Of a stretch of 52,140 nt of DNA, positions 38,586 to 46,727 are shown in pieces. Source of the DNA: an uncultured Candidatus Saccharibacteria bacterium. Lineage in GTDB: Bacteria > Patescibacteriota > Minisyncoccia > UBA6257 > UBA9933. The translations under genes and the position numbers were made by a program. The notes under the pieces are model-generated. The model was given only the letters and a program-made list of their open reading frames with translations. It did no database searches and had not been told where the DNA came from. Numbering within the stretch: position 1 is the first letter of the stretch; each line of letters opens with the position of its first letter. The stretch is from contig CAYIWD010000001.1 of the NCBI GenBank assembly GCA_964367055.1, forward strand, positions 1-52,140, written 5' to 3'.

Positions 38586-39527
38586 ATGAATATTTTAATA
38601 ACTGGATCAGAAGGCTTTATTGGTCGTAATTTGGCGGAGTTATTTTTAAATAAAAAATATTCTGTGTTATTTCCCACAGTAAACGAGTTAGAACTTACTG
38701 ATTCTGGTGCCGTAGAAAAATATTTTAAAAATAATTCAATTGAAACTATTGTGCATTGCGCAACGGTATTAAGAGATGGCACTAACTATCCTGTGGACAC
38801 ATGCGAAAAGAATTTGCGCATGTTCTTCAATCTTCAAAAGTATATGACTCCATCTATGAAAATGATAAATTTAGGCAGTGGTTCCGAGTATGCAAGAGCA
38901 TATTGGCGCAAGAAAATGCCTGAGGAGTATTTTGATGAACATATTCCGGAAGACAGCCATAGTTATGCAAAATACTTGATATCGAAATATATTAAAGAGG
39001 TAAACAATGAGAACCTAATTTGTTTGAGAATATTCGGTATATATGGTAAATATGAAGATTACAGGTATAAATTTATATCTAATGCAATAGTTAAAAATCT
39101 GCTTAATATGCCTATTATTATCAACCAAAATGTTATTTATGATTATATATACATTAATGACTTTTTCAAAATAGTAGAGTATTTTGTTAATAATAAGACA
39201 AAAAACAGGATATTTAATGTTACTCCAACTGGATCAATAGATTTATTGACTATTGCAAACTTGATTAATAAAGTAAGTGAAAGTAAAAGCGAAATACGTG
39301 TATTAAATGAAGGAATTGGAGTTGAATATTCAGGGGACAACAGTAAGCTTATGTCGGAGATGGGGGATTTTCCGTTTATTTCACCAGAGGCGGCAATAGC
39401 AGACCTGTTCAAATATTATAAAAGCATAAAAGACAAATTAGATGTAAGTAATATCAAACAAGATGCATATTTGGAATATGCGAAAAAATTGCATACCAAT
39501 TATTTTAATAAAAAAAATGAGAAATAG
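38586..39527 (+). CDS. NAD(P)-dependent sugar epimerase/reductase (SDR), tandem paralogue
   Basis: MNILITGSEGFIGRNL and YAKYLISK. Collinear with the preceding gene. Confidence 0.7.
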   Translation: MNILITGSEGFIGRNLAELFLNKKYSVLFPTVNELELTDSGAVEKYFKNNSIETIVHCATVLRDGTNYPVDTCEKNLRMFFNLQKYMTPSMKMINLGSGSEYARAYWRKKMPEEYFDEHIPEDSHSYAKYLISKYIKEVNNENLICLRIFGIYGKYEDYRYKFISNAIVKNLLNMPIIINQNVIYDYIYINDFFKIVEYFVNNKTKNRIFNVTPTGSIDLLTIANLINKVSESKSEIRVLNEGIGVEYSGDNSKLMSEMGDFPFISPEAAIADLFKYYKSIKDKLDVSNIKQDAYLEYAKKLHTNYFNKKNEK

Positions 39528-40605
39528 GATAATAGAGTCGGATTTAAAATATATTACTGATGAAAAGTTGGATTGGGAAGCATTTAAAGATAAAACTATT
39601 CTTATCTCAGGCGCGGCCGGTTTTCTGCCGGCCTATATGGTTGAAACATTTCTTTATCTTAATGAAACAAGAAAATTCAATATAAAAGTTATTGGATTGG
39701 TTCGTAATCTTGAAAAAGCACGCGCAAGATTCATCCATTACGATGGCAGCAAAGAGTTGCAATTTATCTCTCAAGACGTGTGCGATAAAATTAAAATAGA
39801 TGAAAATATTGACTATATAATTCATGCTGCCAGCCATGCTACGCCTAAATATTTTCAAGCAGATCCTGTCGGTACACTTTCGCCAAATGTGATTGGAACA
39901 GCCAACTTATTAAATTTAGCCGTAGGGAAAAAAGTTGATAATTTCTTGTTTTTTAGCACCAGTGGCGTGCATGGATATGTTGATCAGTCTTGTTATCCGA
40001 TAAAAGAAGATTGTTATGGATCCTTGGATCCATTAGATCTGTCTTCATGTTATTTGGAAAGCAAAAGAATGGGAGAAAATATGTGTGTGGCATGGATGCA
40101 TCAATATGGGGTTCCTGTAAAAATTGTTCGTCCGGCAACAACGTATGGGCCGGGTTTAAAATTAGATGATGGTCGTTCTTTTGCCGATTTTATTTCAAAT
40201 ATAGTAAATTATCACGACATTGAAATTTTTAGTGATGGCAAGGCATTGCGAAACTTTTGTTACTTAGCAGATGCTACTCTTGGTTTTTTTACTGTTATAT
40301 TGAAGGGGAAAACCGGGGAAGCATATAATGTTGCTACCGACTATGAAATCAGTATTATTGACTTAGCAAAGCTGCTTGTGGAAAAAGTGTTTCCTGAACG
40401 CAACTTAAAAGTTGTAATGAAAACAGATATTTCAAAAAATTATTTAAGGATAAATTTTTCGCGCACAGCAGTTGATATTACTAAATTAAAAGCATTGGGC
40501 TGGAAGCTTAACTTTCCCATAGAAGAAGGCTTTAAAAGAACGGTCGAAAGCTATGGTGAAAATAAGACAGTCCAAAATAAGTTTTTAAATACCATTCCCA
40601 CATAA
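39517..40605 (+). CDS. NAD-dependent epimerase/dehydratase (extended SDR, decarboxylase/dehydratase-like)
   Basis: ILISGAAGFLPAYM, HAASHATP, YLESKRMGE (YxxxK). The ATG at 39517 is preferred to the track start at 39463. Confidence 0.7.
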   Translation: MRNRIIESDLKYITDEKLDWEAFKDKTILISGAAGFLPAYMVETFLYLNETRKFNIKVIGLVRNLEKARARFIHYDGSKELQFISQDVCDKIKIDENIDYIIHAASHATPKYFQADPVGTLSPNVIGTANLLNLAVGKKVDNFLFFSTSGVHGYVDQSCYPIKEDCYGSLDPLDLSSCYLESKRMGENMCVAWMHQYGVPVKIVRPATTYGPGLKLDDGRSFADFISNIVNYHDIEIFSDGKALRNFCYLADATLGFFTVILKGKTGEAYNVATDYEISIIDLAKLLVEKVFPERNLKVVMKTDISKNYLRINFSRTAVDITKLKALGWKLNFPIEEGFKRTVESYGENKTVQNKFLNTIPT

Positions 40606-40630
40606 TTTTAAAGGTTAATAACTTTTTCTA

Positions 40631-42301
40631 ATGAAACAATATACTTCTATTTTATTAATGAAGCTTCCGTATTGTACGCATCCTGACGCTAAACAAGATA
40701 ATGATTATAGAACAAAGGCGCCTTTTAGGCCCTTACCGTCATTAGCCCTTGCTTCGTTATATTCTTTTTTTGAAAAATACAGGACATGCGAATATAAACT
40801 TCAGGCTGTGGATTTAAACATTGAGGCATATTCTGCTTCAAGCATTCCCATTAATATTGCGCAATATCAGAATTCACTGGCTAAGTACATCCGGGAAAGC
40901 ATCTACGATGTATTGGCATTATCGGTTACGTTTATTTTTAACGCAAGATGGGTCCAAGAAGCAGTAGAATTATCGAGAAAATTTCATCCGCAAGCAAAAA
41001 TTATTGTTGGCGGGGGATACCCCACGCTTTTACCCGAGCGGGTATTGCAAAAACATGATGTTGATGATGTCGTCGTCGGAGAAGGAGAAGCTACTTTTTT
41101 GCATATCATAAATAAATATAACAATTATACGGATAAGAGTTTAGAAGAACATTTTCCTTTTGGAGGATATGCGATCAGAGATTCAAGCGGACATATCCAA
41201 ATGTTTCCCCAAAGAAATTATTTTTTGGATATGCGCGACCTTCCTCCGCCTCGTTGGGATTGCTTAAATGTAGAAAAGTATTTCGCAAATAGCGGCGATA
41301 TGACATTACCAATTGAGGCCAGCAGGGGGTGTCCATATAATTGTTCTTTTTGCAGCACATTTATTTCTTGGGGAAGAAAAATTAGATATAAACCGGTGGA
41401 TAATTTTGTTCAGGAAGTTTACGATGTTAAACAAAAATATCCCAATGTAAACCTTTCCGTTGTGGATGATAATATGACATTTTCCAAAGAATGGATAACA
41501 CAGTGCCTAACTCAAATAATATCCAGAAATTTAACGCATACCTTAACACCCGGCGGTTTCTCTGTAAAACACCTCGATGAAGAAGTAATAGATTTATGGA
41601 TTAAAGCCGGCTGTGAAAGATTTCATATCGCAGTTGAAACAGGATCGCCGGAGATGCAGAAACATATTCGCAAAAATATTGATTTGGAAAAAGTAAGACA
41701 ATTGGTTAGTATTTTTAGAAAAAAGAATGTGTCGTTTAATATTTTATGGATGGTTGGCTTCCCCGGCGAAACATTAAAACAGATACAAGAAACATTTGCA
41801 TTGGTGCGGGAATTGCGGGCTTTTTTAAACCAATTTTCAATCGTTTTGCCCTATCCTCAAACTGAGCTGTTTAATCAAGCAAAAGAGCAGGACCTTTTGG
41901 CATTTGATGAAGAGAACCTTGAAAATTACGATCGTCGAAAAGCGGATTGCGTAAAATCAAACGAGTGGGACCACAAACAGCTTTTGGAAATGATATATGA
42001 TATTAATATTGAAACTAATTTTCTTAATAATCCCTTCCTTGAGACTGCTGAAAAGATGGATTATTTTTTAGCCTATCTTGAGAATCTTCTTATAAAATTA
42101 CCTGACCACGTTATTGCTCATATTGTGGTTGGATATATTCAAAAAAAGAAAAATAATAATGATAAGCGCAATTTTCATTATAATAGGGGATTATCGCTTT
42201 TGCGCGATGACACTTTATCTTGTACTTTTAAAAAATATCTTAAATGGGATCACGAGATTATAAAAGATTTTAACAGCTTTCATCAGAGTAATGAAAGTTG
42301 A
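40631..42301 (+). CDS. Cobalamin-binding (class B) radical SAM enzyme
   Basis: IIVGGGYPT and VGEGEA. EASRGCPYNCSFCST cluster motif. Confidence 0.85.
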   Translation: MKQYTSILLMKLPYCTHPDAKQDNDYRTKAPFRPLPSLALASLYSFFEKYRTCEYKLQAVDLNIEAYSASSIPINIAQYQNSLAKYIRESIYDVLALSVTFIFNARWVQEAVELSRKFHPQAKIIVGGGYPTLLPERVLQKHDVDDVVVGEGEATFLHIINKYNNYTDKSLEEHFPFGGYAIRDSSGHIQMFPQRNYFLDMRDLPPPRWDCLNVEKYFANSGDMTLPIEASRGCPYNCSFCSTFISWGRKIRYKPVDNFVQEVYDVKQKYPNVNLSVVDDNMTFSKEWITQCLTQIISRNLTHTLTPGGFSVKHLDEEVIDLWIKAGCERFHIAVETGSPEMQKHIRKNIDLEKVRQLVSIFRKKNVSFNILWMVGFPGETLKQIQETFALVRELRAFLNQFSIVLPYPQTELFNQAKEQDLLAFDEENLENYDRRKADCVKSNEWDHKQLLEMIYDINIETNFLNNPFLETAEKMDYFLAYLENLLIKLPDHVIAHIVVGYIQKKKNNNDKRNFHYNRGLSLLRDDTLSCTFKKYLKWDHEIIKDFNSFHQSNES

Positions 42302-42309
42302 TATTACAT

Positions 42310-43230
42310 ATGAAATTACAAGATTTATACAATCACTATTTGTCCGGCAAGCTGGAGAAGCACAAATATATTAATATAATGCATAAAAAGCATCAGATTT
42401 TGTTTGATTATTCTGATTATCTGAAAGAAACCGATGTGAAATCAATAACCATTGGTAATGGTTTTATCTATCTGACGGTTAAGGGCAGTAATATAAAATT
42501 ATTAGTGGACAGATTTGACAGCCGGTTTATCCCAATTGAGATGCTGAATTTCCACTCGATTGACGCGCGGGAAAGAAAACTGCTTTTTAATATAGCTTCT
42601 TTGTGCCGGACAATTTTTGATATTGGGGCAAACATTGGCTGGTATTCGCTAAACTTCAGCCAGCTGCCCAAAGTGGAAAAAATTTATGCGTTTGAACCGA
42701 TTCCTTATACTTACAATTATTTAAAAAAACATCTCCAAATTAATAAGAGTCATCATGTTTCCGCTTTTAATTTTGGCTTTTCTGATGCGGCGGGCGAAAA
42801 AACGTTTTACTGGACAAAAAATGAAACAGGCAGCGCTTCAATGGTCAATATTCAAAAACGTCATAAGATAAATAAAATCAAATGTAAAATTAGCACTATA
42901 GATAAATTTATGAAAAATCGGCGTAAGGCAATTGACTTAATAAAATGCGATGTTGAAGGAGCGGAGTTATTTGTTTTTAGGGGCGCCATTAAAACATTAA
43001 AACGATGTAGGCCAATCATATTTACGGAAATGCTAAGAAAATGGTCTAAAAAGTTCGGTTATCATCCAGATGATATAATTAATTTGCTGTCGGGCTTAGG
43101 TTATCGTTGCTACGGCTACATTAATAATAAAATTAAAAGAATTGATTATGTTTCCCCCGAATTGGAGACTACTAATTTTTTCTTTTTTCATGAAGCAAAA
43201 CATAAAAAAATAATTAAAAGCTTAAAATAA
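42310..43230 (+). CDS. FkbM-family methyltransferase
   Basis: IFDIGANIGWYSL ... YAFEPIPYTY ... IDLIKCDVEGAE is typical of FkbM-domain methyltransferases. Confidence 0.75.
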   Translation: MKLQDLYNHYLSGKLEKHKYINIMHKKHQILFDYSDYLKETDVKSITIGNGFIYLTVKGSNIKLLVDRFDSRFIPIEMLNFHSIDARERKLLFNIASLCRTIFDIGANIGWYSLNFSQLPKVEKIYAFEPIPYTYNYLKKHLQINKSHHVSAFNFGFSDAAGEKTFYWTKNETGSASMVNIQKRHKINKIKCKISTIDKFMKNRRKAIDLIKCDVEGAELFVFRGAIKTLKRCRPIIFTEMLRKWSKKFGYHPDDIINLLSGLGYRCYGYINNKIKRIDYVSPELETTNFFFFHEAKHKKIIKSLK

Positions 43231-43312
43231 AAAAGGAGGGAATATGGCAGAAAACATTTCTGTTGGATCCGCCAGTCACTACCGCCGTCTTTCCTGATAA
43301 CAATTTTTTCAT
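43214..43312 (-). pseudogene. Remnant of a short-chain dehydrogenase gene (N-terminal 16 codons only)
   Basis: Minus strand: GGAGG, 6 nt, then ATG MKKLLSGKTAVVTGGS (classical SDR TGxxxGxG start). It then degenerates and stops after 32 codons, running into the 3' end of the convergent FkbM gene. Confidence 0.35.
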
Positions 43313-43420
43313 ATCAAACCTCCTTTTTCATATTTTGTTTTGGTGTGCTAATCGCTTTGTATCATCTATTTAATAAGATGTCAAGTCTTGATTTATCTCG
43401 ACTTTTAATTTACGCTAAAA

Positions 43421-44731
43421 ATGTCTATGAATGATGATTTAAAAAATAACCTGATTCAGGAATTTAAAAACAGATTTCCGTCAAAAAAATTTGTTCCTGG
43501 CGAATCTCCAATACCGGTTTCCGGTAAAGTTTTTAACGAAAAAGAAATATTAAAAATGACAGAGGCAGTTTTAGATGGTCATTGGACTGACGGCAAATAT
43601 GCCAAGGAATTTGAAGAAAAATTAGCTGAATTTTTTGGCTTAAAATTTTGTTCGCTTGTTAATTCCGGCTCTTCTGCTAATTTATTGGCTTTAACTGTCC
43701 TAACTTCTTTTAGAATTCCCGAAGAAAAACGGCTTAAAAAAGGCGACGAGGTGATAACCACAGCTGCTAGTTTTCCTACTACTATAAATCCGATTATTCA
43801 AAATGGTTTAGTACCTGTGTTTGTTAATGTTGAATTGGGGAGCTACAATGCGACACTGGAAAATGTCAAAAACGCCGTTTCAGACAAAACAAAAGCCGTT
43901 TTTATGGCTCACACTTTAGGTAATCCTTATGAGGTTGAAGAACTTAAAGAATTTTGCGAGCAAAATAATCTTTGGCTGATTGAAGATAACTCTGATAGCT
44001 TAGGTTCAAAATATAACGGAAAATTCACCGGCACCTTTGGGCATTTATCAACTTTGAGTTTTTATCCGGCGCATCATATTACAACGGGAGAAGGCGGCGC
44101 GATTTTAACGGATGATCCCTCGCTTAATAAAATTGTCCGTTCTTTGCGCGATTGGGGCCGGGACTGCTGGTGTCCGACTGGTCAAGATAATACTTGTAAA
44201 AAGAGATTTGATTGGCAATTGGGTGATTTGCCGCACGGCTATGACCACAAATATATTTACAGCGAAATCGGCTATAATTTGAAAATTACGGATATTCAAG
44301 CTGCTCTTGGCTCAGCTCAATTTGATAAATTAGCCGGATTTATTCAGAAACGGAAAGAAAATTTTAATTATTTATATACAGCATTTAAAGAATTTGAGGA
44401 TGATTTTATTTTGCCTGTTTGGGACAAAAAAGCAGACCCGAGCTGGTTTGGTTTTCTGTTAACCATTAAAAATACCGCTAAATTTAAAAGAAATGATTTA
44501 TTGAAGTTTTTAAATAACAGAAAAATCGGCACTAGATTACTTTTCGCCGGAAATATCACTCGTCAGCCATATTTTAAAAATTATAAGATAGATTATCGTA
44601 TTTCTGGAGAACTTAAAAATACAGATGAAATTATGAATAATTGTTTTTGGATTGGCGTTTACCCGGGTTTAAACAAAGAAATGCTGGATTATATAATTAA
44701 ATCTTTCAAAGAATTTTTCCCCCACTCTTAA
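43421..44731 (+). CDS. rfbH: CDP-6-deoxy-D-xylo-4-hexulose 3-dehydrase (E1, RfbH/DdhC)
   Basis: NSGSSANLLA. SFYPAHHITTGEGG, with His replacing the PLP Lys. RDWGRDCWCPTGQDNTCKKRF is the Cys-rich Fe-S segment characteristic of RfbH. Confidence 0.85.
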   Translation: MSMNDDLKNNLIQEFKNRFPSKKFVPGESPIPVSGKVFNEKEILKMTEAVLDGHWTDGKYAKEFEEKLAEFFGLKFCSLVNSGSSANLLALTVLTSFRIPEEKRLKKGDEVITTAASFPTTINPIIQNGLVPVFVNVELGSYNATLENVKNAVSDKTKAVFMAHTLGNPYEVEELKEFCEQNNLWLIEDNSDSLGSKYNGKFTGTFGHLSTLSFYPAHHITTGEGGAILTDDPSLNKIVRSLRDWGRDCWCPTGQDNTCKKRFDWQLGDLPHGYDHKYIYSEIGYNLKITDIQAALGSAQFDKLAGFIQKRKENFNYLYTAFKEFEDDFILPVWDKKADPSWFGFLLTIKNTAKFKRNDLLKFLNNRKIGTRLLFAGNITRQPYFKNYKIDYRISGELKNTDEIMNNCFWIGVYPGLNKEMLDYIIKSFKEFFPHS

Positions 44732-45011
44732 AGCATCTGATTATGTTTTTCTGTGTCTATTTGTTAAAATTAAAATTGGACGGTAGCTTTTATACCGGTT
44801 TTGCTGAGAACATCAGGGAAAGGTTGGAAAAACATAAACAGGGGCTAGTAATATCGACTAAGAATTTAAGACCTATGGAATTGGTATATTTTGAAGGATA
44901 TAAATCAAAAAGGGACGCGTTGGTAAGAGAAAAAAGACTAAAGCAGTTTAAAAAGGATATGCTTTCCTAAAGCGTAGACTTTCTGACTCTTTATTGCTTT
45001 AAGAGTGAGGG
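44719..45011. mobile_element. GIY-YIG cassette D bracketed by a 17-bp inverted repeat
   Basis: CCCCCACTCTTAAAGCA (44719-44735, includes the last codons and stop of rfbH) vs TGCTTTAAGAGTGAGGG (44995-45011, ends 1 nt before the ATG at 45012). 16/17 complementary. Confidence 0.5.
44743..44970 (+). CDS. Small GIY-YIG (URI-domain) nuclease family protein
   Basis: 75 aa. CVYLLK...GSFYTGFAENIRERLEKH...REKRLK matches the GIY / YIG / R / E pattern of COG2827-type proteins. Confidence 0.75.
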   Translation: MFFCVYLLKLKLDGSFYTGFAENIRERLEKHKQGLVISTKNLRPMELVYFEGYKSKRDALVREKRLKQFKKDMLS

Positions 45012-45959
45012 ATGAATAATAAAATTATATTATCTATTGGTGTTATTACTTATAATCAGCCCAAAGAATTAAGGCGGCTTATGCTAAGCGTTTTGCCGCA
45101 AATAGAGCCCGGAGTAGAAATTGTGATCAACGATAATAGTGATAACTTGGAAAGTGAATCAATAATTAGGAATGAATTTAATAGTCCTTATGTGCGTTAT
45201 TTTAAGAACAAAATTAATGTTGGGTCTGAAGGGAATATTCTTTTAGCAACCGAGCGATCATTGGGAAAATACGTTTGGTGGCTCGGTGATGATGAACTAA
45301 AGCCGGGCGCGATAGCTCATGTTCTATCTATTATAAAAAATAACCCTGAAATATCGCTGATTTGGATAAATTTTGAAGTTAATGGCTTATTAGCTCGGCC
45401 CTTAATTCAAGATAAATTTTTTAAAGATAGAAATCAGGTGGTTGAAGAAATTTCAAACGAGTTGGGATTTGTTTCTTCCATTATTTTTAAAAAAGAAAAG
45501 ATTATTAACATCAGTAAAGAAGACAAAGATCAATTTATCGGTTCTGATTTCATAAATCTTTATTTGGTAATGCATATTCTTAGCCAGGATGGAAAATTTT
45601 ATTATGTTGGGCATCCTTATGTTATTTGCTATCCGAGACCGGCTGAAAAGCATCCTTATGGCGGATTTGAAGTTTTCGGAATCAATTTTTATCGGATAGT
45701 TAAAAATTTTGAAGCTAAATTTGACAAAAAATCCATAAAAAAAATGCTAGCGAAGAATTTCGGTTATGTTTGGCGGGGAATTTTAGTCTGTTGGTTAAAG
45801 GGTTACGACACGCCAAAAGGCAAGTTCAAAACAATGTTTAGACTTTATTGGAATTTTCCGGAATTTTGGATAGCTGGGCCGCTTTTTTTAATGCCTAAAT
45901 TTATAACCAAATTTATTTATTTTATCTACAAAAAAGTGTTAAAACGTAAATATACATGA
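45012..45959 (+). CDS. GT2 glycosyltransferase
   Basis: LSIGVITYNQPKELRRLMLSV ... VINDNSDN ... GDDE. Confidence 0.7.
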   Translation: MNNKIILSIGVITYNQPKELRRLMLSVLPQIEPGVEIVINDNSDNLESESIIRNEFNSPYVRYFKNKINVGSEGNILLATERSLGKYVWWLGDDELKPGAIAHVLSIIKNNPEISLIWINFEVNGLLARPLIQDKFFKDRNQVVEEISNELGFVSSIIFKKEKIINISKEDKDQFIGSDFINLYLVMHILSQDGKFYYVGHPYVICYPRPAEKHPYGGFEVFGINFYRIVKNFEAKFDKKSIKKMLAKNFGYVWRGILVCWLKGYDTPKGKFKTMFRLYWNFPEFWIAGPLFLMPKFITKFIYFIYKKVLKRKYT

Positions 45960-46717
45960 CTAATGTTTTGGTAAAATTAATCGGTTATCCGGCGACGATT
46001 TTACACGGCGATGCGGCTGTTTTTGACAGATATAAATGGCTTAAAAAACATCTTAAATCTGGCCCACTGCGTACTCTTGACGCTGGCTGCGGCTCTGGCG
46101 CTTTTACGATGTATGCGGCAAAAATCGGAAATGAAGCAATAGGAATTTCTTTTGATAAGGGAAATAATGAAAAGGCGGTTAAAAGAGCAAGAATTTTAAA
46201 TATTTCCAATGTCAGTTTTATTGACGGAGATTTAAGAAAATTAGATGAAATATCCGAATCCTTGGGAAAATTTGACCAGATTATTTGTTTTGAAACAATT
46301 GAACATATTTTAGACGACAAAAAATTGATAAAAGATTTTTTTAGTTTGCTAAATCCGAGAGGAAAGCTACTTTTAACGACTCCCTATAAATTTTATAAGT
46401 CCCTTTACGGCGATGATAAAGATAAAATATCAACTTTTGAGGACGGCGGCCATGTCAGATATGGATACACGCATAAGGAAATGTCTGATTCATTGGAAAA
46501 ATCAGGTTTTGAAATTGAAGCAAAAGAATATATCACCGGCTTTTTGTCTCAGCAGCTTATTAATTTGCAAAGAATTCTCGCTGAAATAAATTCAAAACTA
46601 GCTTGGATTATTGTTTTTCCCCTAAGGATATTTCAATTTTTTGACCCGTTGATTAGCAAAATTATTAATTACCCGTATCTTTCAATTGGGGTGGTCGCGG
46701 TAAAAAAAATAGCTTAA
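45956..46717 (+). CDS. Class I SAM-dependent methyltransferase
   Basis: TLDAGCGSGAFTMYAA motif I and ICFETIEHI. No DNA-methyltransferase DPPY or PC motifs seen. Confidence 0.75.
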   Translation: MTNVLVKLIGYPATILHGDAAVFDRYKWLKKHLKSGPLRTLDAGCGSGAFTMYAAKIGNEAIGISFDKGNNEKAVKRARILNISNVSFIDGDLRKLDEISESLGKFDQIICFETIEHILDDKKLIKDFFSLLNPRGKLLLTTPYKFYKSLYGDDKDKISTFEDGGHVRYGYTHKEMSDSLEKSGFEIEAKEYITGFLSQQLINLQRILAEINSKLAWIIVFPLRIFQFFDPLISKIINYPYLSIGVVAVKKIA

Positions 46718-46727
46718 TTAAAATTAT

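Noticed and set aside
43230-43328. 10-bp inverted repeat AAAAAGGAGG / CCTCCTTTTT and the 17-codon + strand ORF at 43244-43297
   Set aside because: The arms are best explained as two opposed Shine-Dalgarno-like sequences, one belonging to the SDR remnant on the minus strand. The small + ORF is the antisense of that remnant and has no other support.
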